Positions 1 through 7,175 of a stretch of DNA of 20,000 bases are shown in pieces. Position numbers and translations under genes: made by a program. Every line of letters begins with the position of its first letter. The first letter of the stretch is position 1. The stretch lies in the sequence record DRR378314_1835; one strand, given 5' to 3'. A model generated the notes under the pieces. The model ran no database searches. It was given only the letters and a program-made list of their open reading frames with translations, and was not told where the DNA came from.

Positions 1-2
1 TC

Positions 3-176
3 ATAATAAAACAAGGTGCGTGGCTTGGAACCGGAGTAACTGTACTTGGTGGTGTGACAATTGGTAAAGGAGCCATTATAGGTGCTGGCAGTGTCGTTAC
101 TAAAGATGTACCAGCATTTTGTATTGCAGCTGGCAACCCTGCAAAAGTAGTAAAGGAAATAGAGGGTGACGCATGA
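3..176 (+). CDS. 3' end of a hexapeptide-repeat (left-handed beta-helix) O-acetyltransferase, SypM-like; truncated by the window start
   Basis: My translation of frame 3 gives IIKQGAWLGTGVTVLGGVTIGKGAIIGAGSVVTKDVPAFCIAAGNPAKVVKEIEGDA*, with the typical LbH acetyltransferase C-terminus (IGAGSVVTKDVP...GNPA). TGA at 174-176 overlaps the next ATG (ATGA). Not in the ORF track. Confidence 0.9.
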   Translation: MIKQGAWLGTGVTVLGGVTIGKGAIIGAGSVVTKDVPAFCIAAGNPAKVVKEIEGDA

Positions 177-1303
177 AATTTATCGTTTTCGCAGAAGATT
201 GGGGCAGTCACCCAAGCAGCACTCAGCATTTATTTCATGAGCTTGCGCAACAGCACGAGATCCACTGGGTGAACTCTATTGGAATGCGTAAACCACGTTT
301 GAGGCTTCATGATATAAAGCGTGTTTTTGATAAAGTGTTACAAGTATTCAAACCTACCAAAACACAGTCACTTACAACGCCTAAAAATATGGTTGTATAT
401 AAACTGCCTATTTTACCTTGGCATGATAACCGCTTTGTTCGCTCTATAAATAAACGTATTTACGCTCACTTTTTCAAAGAACATGGAGACCCTACTCCTG
501 TGGTTTACTGGTTAAGTGTGCCAACTGCGCATTACCTTGTAAAAAAACAGCCACAAGATAAGGTGATTTATTATTGCGGGGATGACTTCTCAGCATTAGC
601 AGGGGTAGATGCACAGCTTGTTACTCCTTTTGAGAAGAAATTAATAGCAACCGCAGATTTAATTTATGTCATAAGTGATTTTTTAATGGCAAAAATGCCC
701 GCCAATAAAGCTAAAATGTTAAGCCACGGCGTGAGCGTTGAGTTATTTAGTGAAAGTACAATCAAGGCCGACGAAATCAAAGCATTCAATGCGCCAGTGA
801 TTGGCTTTTACGGCAGTATAAATGCATGGCTTGATATTGACCTGCTTGAGGCGCTTGCAGCAGCAAGACCCGATTACCAATTAGTATTAATCGGTCATAT
901 TGTTACTAACATAGAACGGTTATTAAGTTTTAAAAATGTGACGCATATTCCAGCCGTCAGTCATGAGCGATTAGCATCTTTTTCTGCACATTGGAGTGTA
1001 TCGATTTTACCTTTTGTTATTAACGATCAAATACGTGCATGCGATCCCCTAAAGCTAAAAGAATACCTAGCAGCAGGCAAACCTATTGTTACAACAAACT
1101 TCCCCGCTGTAGAGCGTTATGCTTCCCACCTTTTTATAGCGGATACTACACAGCAATTTATTAGCCACCTTGATAACGCACTGAACCTTAGTAAAGCGCA
1201 ATTAATGTGCTTAGAAAAGACACAGCAAAACATTGCACTCCAACACAGTTGGCAATCTAAGGCGAATACAGTAATCAATGATACCGTGCGGCTAAATCGC
1301 TAA
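173..1303 (+). CDS. Glycosyltransferase, GT-B fold (GT4-like), SypN-like
   Basis: 376 aa; GFYGSI motif and C-terminal DPLKLKEYLAAGKPIVTT nucleotide-sugar-binding motif; follows the acetyltransferase as sypN follows sypM. Confidence 0.85.
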   Translation: MKFIVFAEDWGSHPSSTQHLFHELAQQHEIHWVNSIGMRKPRLRLHDIKRVFDKVLQVFKPTKTQSLTTPKNMVVYKLPILPWHDNRFVRSINKRIYAHFFKEHGDPTPVVYWLSVPTAHYLVKKQPQDKVIYYCGDDFSALAGVDAQLVTPFEKKLIATADLIYVISDFLMAKMPANKAKMLSHGVSVELFSESTIKADEIKAFNAPVIGFYGSINAWLDIDLLEALAAARPDYQLVLIGHIVTNIERLLSFKNVTHIPAVSHERLASFSAHWSVSILPFVINDQIRACDPLKLKEYLAAGKPIVTTNFPAVERYASHLFIADTTQQFISHLDNALNLSKAQLMCLEKTQQNIALQHSWQSKANTVINDTVRLNR

Positions 1304-1325
1304 TTTTTTAGCGCAAACGTTATAT

Positions 1326-1341
1326 TGGCGCGCCCTGTGCA
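1326..1341 (+). promoter_or_regulatory. Candidate sigma54 (-24/-12) promoter for the sypO-P-QR-like genes
   Basis: TGGCGC-GCCCT-GTGCA: GG-N10-GC spacing matches TGGCAC-N5-TTGCA, in a 136-bp intergenic gap. Confidence 0.6.
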
Positions 1342-1377
1342 ACTACCTAGTAAAGCCGGTTATTAGCAGCAAATCAT

Positions 1378-1422
1378 TTTTATTTTGCAAATAATCGCTC
1401 ATTTATGCATAGCAAAATGCAA
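1378..1422. promoter_or_regulatory. Candidate LuxO-type activator boxes (half site plus near-full site, 32 bp apart)
   Basis: TTTTATTTTGCAA (1378-1390) and TAGCAAAATGCAA (1410-1422); same 32-bp centre spacing as the pair upstream of sypA. Confidence 0.5.
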
Positions 1423-1439
1423 ATATATAGGTAGGGATT

Positions 1440-2933
1440 ATGTTAGTTAGAGAGCAAATAAAACGGTTACTTTATTTAGCTTTGTATGCACTGTATACAC
1501 GGGCTAAGCTTTTTGTGCTGCCATTAGCGATTGTCCCTGTTGTGGTTATATTATTGGCAGTAACGGCACAAAAAAAATACACTAACCACGCGACAATTCT
1601 TATTGAAGAGTCAGCGTTACTTAATCCTTATTTAGATGATCTATCTTTTTCTTTTGACTTAACTAACCGTATGGCAGCTCTAAGAACCTTGGTTATTAGC
1701 CGTAAGGTACTTATCGCTGTTGCACGCGAAACCAATTTAGTGCCTAAAAATGCAAGCCCAGCTGCCATTGAAAAGGTACACCAAGAGTTGTCTCAGTCAC
1801 TTTCACTTTCATTAGTCGGTGATGAACTTGTGCGTGTTAATTTTATTTGGCATGAGCCATCACAAATGAAGCCTGTGTTGGAAAAAATTGTTGAAAAGTT
1901 CATTGAGAGTTTATTGGCCCCAACAAAAGCCTCGTTGGATACCTCAGAGCAGTTTTTTTACCAACAGCTTGTTAGCCTTCGCCAAGAGCTTGAGATATCA
2001 GAAGAGGAATTAGCTGCATTCAAAGCTAAAAATACTAATACGCTGCCCACTGTACTTCATAGTAACAGACAGACATTTGATAAGTTATTGAGTGACTTGC
2101 AGCAAAAGTCAATTGTGCTGTCTGGCGCCAAAGCCAAGTTGGAAGCGTTAACCTCAAAAATGGGTCAAGCAAACCCTATTTTAGGACGCATTGAGGAACG
2201 AATCATTACTGCTGAGTCCGAATTAAGCTTTTTAAAAACGCGTTACACAGACAAGCACAGTAAAGTGATCTCAAAACAACGGGAGCTGATAAACATCAGA
2301 GCTCGTCAGCAAACGTTAATCGAAAACGGCAAGAATCTAGATGCTAAAAATATTGAACAACTATGGCAAATGGCTAATACATTACCCGCTAACACGGATA
2401 ATGAAAGTAATGTGCTTGTGTCACAAATATTGGCGTTGGAAGAAGCTAAAAACCAAGTTTATCAGCATCAACAGGAATTTGAGCTGCTTGAACAACAAGT
2501 CAATGAGCTAAGCCAACGTTTACTTATCACCAGTGATGTTGAAAAACAATTACGAAAATTAGAGCGTGATTACGATGTTAAACAGTCTTTGTACAAAGAC
2601 ATGTTAGGGCGATACGAAATGGCTAAAGTCACAGGTAAGTTAGTCAAATATGAAGGTCCAGATAAAGTTAAAACAATCGAGCGCGCTTACAGCCCAACTC
2701 AACCAATTAACACTTCAATGATGGTCGCTGTGATTGTAGGTATTTTGTTAGGTGTCTTTACAAGTGGAACATGTGTTTTCGTTGCTACGTTATTCGATAG
2801 CCACTTAAAAGATATTCAAACTATTGAGAAGTTAGCAGCCGTTGAGGTGATAACTGTTTTACCCATCGTAAGTAAAGAGGAGATCTATACGAACTCACAC
2901 TCAACGATGAACTTATTAAAAAAGGGGTATTAA
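1440..2933 (+). CDS. sypO: Polysaccharide co-polymerase / chain-length determinant (GumC/Wzc N-terminal type), SypO-like
   Basis: N-terminal TM segment, long coiled-coil periplasmic region (RYTDKHSKV motif), C-terminal TM after AYSPTQP, no kinase domain; RBS GGTAGGGA. Confidence 0.85.
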   Translation: MLVREQIKRLLYLALYALYTRAKLFVLPLAIVPVVVILLAVTAQKKYTNHATILIEESALLNPYLDDLSFSFDLTNRMAALRTLVISRKVLIAVARETNLVPKNASPAAIEKVHQELSQSLSLSLVGDELVRVNFIWHEPSQMKPVLEKIVEKFIESLLAPTKASLDTSEQFFYQQLVSLRQELEISEEELAAFKAKNTNTLPTVLHSNRQTFDKLLSDLQQKSIVLSGAKAKLEALTSKMGQANPILGRIEERIITAESELSFLKTRYTDKHSKVISKQRELINIRARQQTLIENGKNLDAKNIEQLWQMANTLPANTDNESNVLVSQILALEEAKNQVYQHQQEFELLEQQVNELSQRLLITSDVEKQLRKLERDYDVKQSLYKDMLGRYEMAKVTGKLVKYEGPDKVKTIERAYSPTQPINTSMMVAVIVGILLGVFTSGTCVFVATLFDSHLKDIQTIEKLAAVEVITVLPIVSKEEIYTNSHSTMNLLKKGY

Positions 2934-2934
2934 T

Positions 2935-4011
2935 ATGAATGTTTTACACTTGGTTCAGCATTTTAAAATTGGCGGCTTAGAAAAAATGGCTGTAACACTA
3001 ATGCAAAAAAGCCAATTTGCTCATAACAGCTTGATTGTTTCCCTTGAAGGTAAAGAACAAGATGCATTAAAAGAGTGGCCTGCGCTTGCACAGTTTGGGC
3101 ATCAAATGGTGAGCTTAAATAAAGCGCCCAAATTTGATTTTTCCTTACTAAAAAAACTAAACCGATTAATCAAAGAGCACAATATAGATGTGATACATAG
3201 CCACCACATAGGGCCTATGCTTTATGCCAGTCTTGTATGTTTGACAAACAAAAATGTGCGCCATGTTTCAACAATCCACGATGCGTGGTATTTAAATAAT
3301 TTTAAGCAACGCTTAATAACGAAAATATTAAATAGCCTTACCAAAATTAATTGGGTTGCCGATGCTCAAGTAGTGGCAAATGATTTTTACCAACATACAT
3401 CTATCAAGGCTGATAAAACTATTCTTAATGGAATTGATTTTCATCAGTTTACCGATATCGATGAGGCCAATGCACGTAATCTGCTCGGGTTACCCTTAGA
3501 TAAAAAACTCATAGGGTGTTCTGCTCGTTTGGAGCCAGGAAAAGGTCATTTGGACTTAATAAAGCTGCTCCCTGAATTAGATAGCGATATTGAGTTAGTG
3601 TTTGCAGGAAATGGCAGCTTAATGTTGTCGCTTCAAAATGCAGCTTCAGTGCTTGGTGTGTTTGAGCGAGTGCATTTTTTAGGAAATGTACAGCATATGC
3701 AGCAGTTTTACTCGGCAATTAATGTGATGTGCCTTTATTCGCAAAGAGAGGGATTACCGCTGTCTATATTGGAGTCCATGGCGTGTGGAAAAGTCATTGT
3801 GGCCAGTGATGTTGGCGGCATTAGTGAGGTTGTTACGCAAGAGCAAGGAGTACTTGTTGGGTTAAATGATCTAGTTGGTTTAAAAGTTGCTCTATTAAAA
3901 GCGTTAAACATGAAGCAAGGGCAATGTATTAGAGAACATATCTTCTCAATTGCCGATGCAGATCAAATGAGCAAAGCATACGATCATTTTTATAATGGTT
4001 TGGCTTTATAG
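2935..4011 (+). CDS. Glycosyltransferase family 4, SypP-like
   Basis: IGGLEKM N-terminal motif, ARLEPGKGH, and the EGLPLSILESMACG (EX7E) motif. Confidence 0.88.
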   Translation: MNVLHLVQHFKIGGLEKMAVTLMQKSQFAHNSLIVSLEGKEQDALKEWPALAQFGHQMVSLNKAPKFDFSLLKKLNRLIKEHNIDVIHSHHIGPMLYASLVCLTNKNVRHVSTIHDAWYLNNFKQRLITKILNSLTKINWVADAQVVANDFYQHTSIKADKTILNGIDFHQFTDIDEANARNLLGLPLDKKLIGCSARLEPGKGHLDLIKLLPELDSDIELVFAGNGSLMLSLQNAASVLGVFERVHFLGNVQHMQQFYSAINVMCLYSQREGLPLSILESMACGKVIVASDVGGISEVVTQEQGVLVGLNDLVGLKVALLKALNMKQGQCIREHIFSIADADQMSKAYDHFYNGLAL

Positions 4012-4021
4012 GGGAAACATT

Positions 4022-5821
4022 ATGTCGGTCTTATTTACTATATGGGTAATTTTAATTGTATTGGTTTTGTACCATCACGTGGGGTATTTAGTTGTTTTAA
4101 AACTCTTTAGTAATGAACAGCGTAAGGAAGATAAGCCCACTGTAACTCCCACCACACGCTTTGGAATTTTAATGTGTGCTTACAATGAGCAAGCTCATAT
4201 TAAAGAGAAGTTATATAACTTAGGGTCGATGCTTTACGATACTCAGTATTATGCAATTCATGTTTACCTTGACGGTTGCACAGATAAAACATATCAAGAA
4301 GCCATGATTGCTCAATCGCATCTTGCAAAGCAAAATGTTAATTGTCATTTGCATTTTAGCAAAGAGAATAAAGGTAAGGCATTTGGCATCAATGAATTGA
4401 TCAAACTCACCAAGCCAACTTACGATGCATTATTATTTACCGATGTGAGCGCCTTATTAAGCATAGATGTATTAAATAAAATCGATACAGATTTTAAAAA
4501 CCCAGAGGTGAATGTAATCACCGGGGTGTATGTGCTTGATGAACTCGCCTCTGCACAGCAAAAGCAGTATTGGCATTATCAGAACAAAGTAAAAAGTATG
4601 GAATCATCGCTTGGGGCTGTTATTGGGATGCCAGGCGCTATGTTTGCTATACGCTCTGAGGCTGCTGAGCTTTTAGAGGGTGGCACCATCAATGATGATT
4701 TTATTCTTTCGATGAAGGCTCTTCAAAAAGGTGGTAAATCGCAGGTTAATAGTGACATCAATATTTTAGAAAGAGAGTGTGACGAACAAAGCCATGATAA
4801 TGCAAGAAGAGTGCGAATTGGTGCTGGAAACTGGCAACAAATAAAAGCATTGTTTGCTTTATTAAACCCCAAGTTGGGTTGGGTAAGTTTTAACTTTTTT
4901 TCACATAAGGTGTTACGTGGACTAATGCCAATTATATTATTGAGTGTTTATGTATCGACGTTTACCCTAGCATTTTTGTCCAGCTCAGTATTACCTTCAT
5001 TATTAAGTATGTTGATACTTGCGGTTCATGGGGTTGGCGTAATTAAACGCCTATTTAATATTAAAGCTAAATTGCCAATTGTAGACAGTGTTAATTACCT
5101 AATTAGTGCTTATGCGCTGGCGCTTTGGGGAATTGTTAAATTTGAGCGCGGAGACTACAAAACTCATTGGCAGCGTGTTCATCATTTAAATAAACAAAAC
5201 AATGCGCCGATCAAAACTATCAAGCGTGGAATTGATATTATCGGCTCCGCAACCGGATTAATTTTGTTATTGCCTGTTATGCTTGGGGTGGCGCTAAGCA
5301 TAAAAATGACCTCTAAAGGACCTGTATTGTTTAAGCAACAAAGAGTGGGTGAGAGTAATGATGACTTTGTTGCCTTGTTTGATGTGCTTAAGTTCCGTTC
5401 TATGGTGGTTGACGCTGAAAGTAAAAGTGGTGCCGTTTGGGCGAGTAAAAATGACCCTAGAATCACGCCTATAGGTCGTTTTATTCGCAAAACTAGGTTA
5501 GATGAGTTACCGCAACTTTGGAATGTACTGATCGGTGATATGTCATTAATAGGCCCTCGTCCAGAGCGACCGGTATTTTATTCAAAGCTGGAAAAAGACA
5601 TTCCTTATTTTTGCCAAAGAACATACGGTATAAAACCAGGTATATCAGGCTTAGCGCAAGTAATGAATGGATATGATGAAAGTATTGATGATGCGCGAAA
5701 TAAAATCGGTTGGGATTATGCTTATATGCTAAGTACGTCATCAGCGCGTAGTTGGTGTTATATGGAGTGCAGTATTTTGTATAAAACCTTTGTTGTTATC
5801 TTTACAGGAAAAGGTCAGTAA
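4022..5821 (+). CDS. Fused GT2 glycosyltransferase (SypQ-like) + polyprenyl-phosphate phosphoglycosyltransferase (SypR/WbaP C-terminal type)
   Basis: N-terminal GT2 motifs CAYNE, DGCTD, FTD, NDDF, RRVRIGAG plus TM helices; C-terminal Bac_transf motifs KRGIDI, KFRSM, DPRIT..GRFIRKTRLDELPQLWNVLIGDMSLIGPRPE. Start moved to ATG 4022 (RBS AGGGGA). Confidence 0.88.
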   Translation: MSVLFTIWVILIVLVLYHHVGYLVVLKLFSNEQRKEDKPTVTPTTRFGILMCAYNEQAHIKEKLYNLGSMLYDTQYYAIHVYLDGCTDKTYQEAMIAQSHLAKQNVNCHLHFSKENKGKAFGINELIKLTKPTYDALLFTDVSALLSIDVLNKIDTDFKNPEVNVITGVYVLDELASAQQKQYWHYQNKVKSMESSLGAVIGMPGAMFAIRSEAAELLEGGTINDDFILSMKALQKGGKSQVNSDINILERECDEQSHDNARRVRIGAGNWQQIKALFALLNPKLGWVSFNFFSHKVLRGLMPIILLSVYVSTFTLAFLSSSVLPSLLSMLILAVHGVGVIKRLFNIKAKLPIVDSVNYLISAYALALWGIVKFERGDYKTHWQRVHHLNKQNNAPIKTIKRGIDIIGSATGLILLLPVMLGVALSIKMTSKGPVLFKQQRVGESNDDFVALFDVLKFRSMVVDAESKSGAVWASKNDPRITPIGRFIRKTRLDELPQLWNVLIGDMSLIGPRPERPVFYSKLEKDIPYFCQRTYGIKPGISGLAQVMNGYDESIDDARNKIGWDYAYMLSTSSARSWCYMECSILYKTFVVIFTGKGQ

Positions 5822-5827
5822 TTTTTT

Positions 5828-5872
5828 TCGCATAATGCAAAAGCACACTTAAAAAGCGATTGCATTATGCGT
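5828..5872. promoter_or_regulatory. Paired bacterial enhancer (LuxO-type binding boxes) upstream of sypA
   Basis: TCGCATAATGCAA (5828-5840) and TTGCATTATGCGT (5860-5872) are near-exact inverted copies of each other (12/13), each a pseudo-palindrome resembling TTGCA-W3-TGCAA; centres 32 bp apart. Confidence 0.75.
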
Positions 5873-5915
5873 ATCAAGCCTGCTTACACCAAGCACTAAA
5901 ATAAAAACTAATAAA

Positions 5916-5928
5916 ATTCAACTGCTTA
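5916..5928 (+). promoter_or_regulatory. Candidate IHF site between enhancer and sigma54 promoter
   Basis: ATTCAACTGCTTA vs WATCAANNNNTTR (one mismatch), preceded by an A-rich tract. Confidence 0.5.
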
Positions 5929-5932
5929 TATT

Positions 5933-5948
5933 TGGCATTCTTCTTGAA
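5933..5948 (+). promoter_or_regulatory. Candidate sigma54 promoter for the sypABCDE-like operon (variant -12, GA instead of GC)
   Basis: TGGCAT-TCTTC-TTGAA, 60 bp downstream of the enhancer pair and 37 bp before the sypA ATG. Confidence 0.65.
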
Positions 5949-5985
5949 TTACTTTAAGAGTCTTTAAACTTAAAAGGTAACAAGC

Positions 5986-6294
5986 ATGATTAATTTAGCC
6001 AGCGATACAGAGCAAAAAGTTTTAACACTTCCTACAGACTTCTCAGGTTTTGCAGTTGATGAACTAAAAGATAAGTTTGAATATTTTGTAGAACAGGATG
6101 CGAGTTCGGTTATTCTTGATTTCTCAAACACGGAATTTATCGACTCTTCTGGAATTGGTGCTATTGTTTTTCTATACAAAAGAATTGAAAAACAAGGTAA
6201 TTCATTATCTTTACTAAATGTGACGGGTCAGCCGTTTAAGCTAATGAATCTGTTGAGAGTCGATAAAACAATTCCGTTTATAGACTCAATCTAA
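5986..6294 (+). CDS. sypA: STAS-domain anti-sigma factor antagonist, SypA-like
   Basis: 102 aa; LDFSNTEFIDSSGIGAIV with the conserved phosphorylatable Ser; first gene of a sypABCDE-type block. Confidence 0.9.
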   Translation: MINLASDTEQKVLTLPTDFSGFAVDELKDKFEYFVEQDASSVILDFSNTEFIDSSGIGAIVFLYKRIEKQGNSLSLLNVTGQPFKLMNLLRVDKTIPFIDSI

Positions 6295-6313
6295 ATGGAC
6301 TAAGGAGAGTATA

Positions 6314-7171
6314 ATGAGATCTTATGTCATCATTGCCATTATTTTGTTTGTAGGTGGGTGTTCTTCTTGGCCGGAGCACGGTAAAGGGGGGCTAGCTGAA
6401 AAATATCAAAACTATCCACAGGAAGATGAACTATATGATTCTAATTATACGCAACCTGAAGATGTGGTAACCAGTGAGTTTGAGCATTTAGTACTTAAAC
6501 TTGAATTACTTAAATCACAAGACATCAAGGCGTGCATGCCTGCGCAGCTACTCAAGGCGCAAATATACGAAAACCGTATTCGTCGATTAATTGCAGCTCA
6601 AATGTGGCAAGATGCTGAGCACGACTTACTACTTCATTATCATGCGCTAAATCAGCTAACTAATCATTTTGATACTGTTCGTAAACTCACCGATTGCGCA
6701 CCAGAAACGGCGACCAAGCCTGCGCTTGTGAATGTTAAAAAACAATTATCAGAATTACTTAATAGTGACAACCAATTTGCATTTAATGCGTTTGAAATAA
6801 CGCCTAAATATGCCGTGAGAGTGGCCCAAGCAGCGGATTTAATTAAACAGTTAGAAAGTATCAACATTTTATTGGTAGGTCATACTGATAAATTAGGTAC
6901 AACGAATAGTAACTATGAGCTTGCTCTCAAACGTGCAGAAACAGTAAAGCAATGGTTGGTAATATATGGGGTGCCTAAAGCGAGTATTACCACACTGACT
7001 CAAGGGAGCTTAAAACCGTATAGTGACAATGCAATTCAAAATGAAAGTGCTCGTCACTCAGACCGCAGAGTTGAAGCAATAATACTCGATGCAAATAACA
7101 CGAATCCACAAGATCAAAAAGAAAAAGCATTGGTTAAATGGACAAAAATTATTGCAAGTAAAAAGGAGTAG
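6314..7171 (+). CDS. sypB: OmpA-family peptidoglycan-binding lipoprotein, SypB-like
   Basis: Lipobox FVGGC; C-terminal OmpA domain (GHTD...NYELALKRAETV...DRRVE); RBS AAGGAG. Confidence 0.85.
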   Translation: MRSYVIIAIILFVGGCSSWPEHGKGGLAEKYQNYPQEDELYDSNYTQPEDVVTSEFEHLVLKLELLKSQDIKACMPAQLLKAQIYENRIRRLIAAQMWQDAEHDLLLHYHALNQLTNHFDTVRKLTDCAPETATKPALVNVKKQLSELLNSDNQFAFNAFEITPKYAVRVAQAADLIKQLESINILLVGHTDKLGTTNSNYELALKRAETVKQWLVIYGVPKASITTLTQGSLKPYSDNAIQNESARHSDRRVEAIILDANNTNPQDQKEKALVKWTKIIASKKE

Positions 7172-7175
7172 TGCC

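Noticed and set aside
1249-1266. TGGCAATCTAAGGCG inside the sypN-like gene as a sigma54 promoter
   Set aside because: GG-to-GC spacing is 9 rather than the required 10 nt.
5828-5872. Inverted repeat after the sypQR-like gene as an intrinsic terminator
   Set aside because: The 19-nt loop, lack of a U tract, internally palindromic arms and recurrence at other promoters favour protein-binding sites, though an RNA hairpin role is not excluded.
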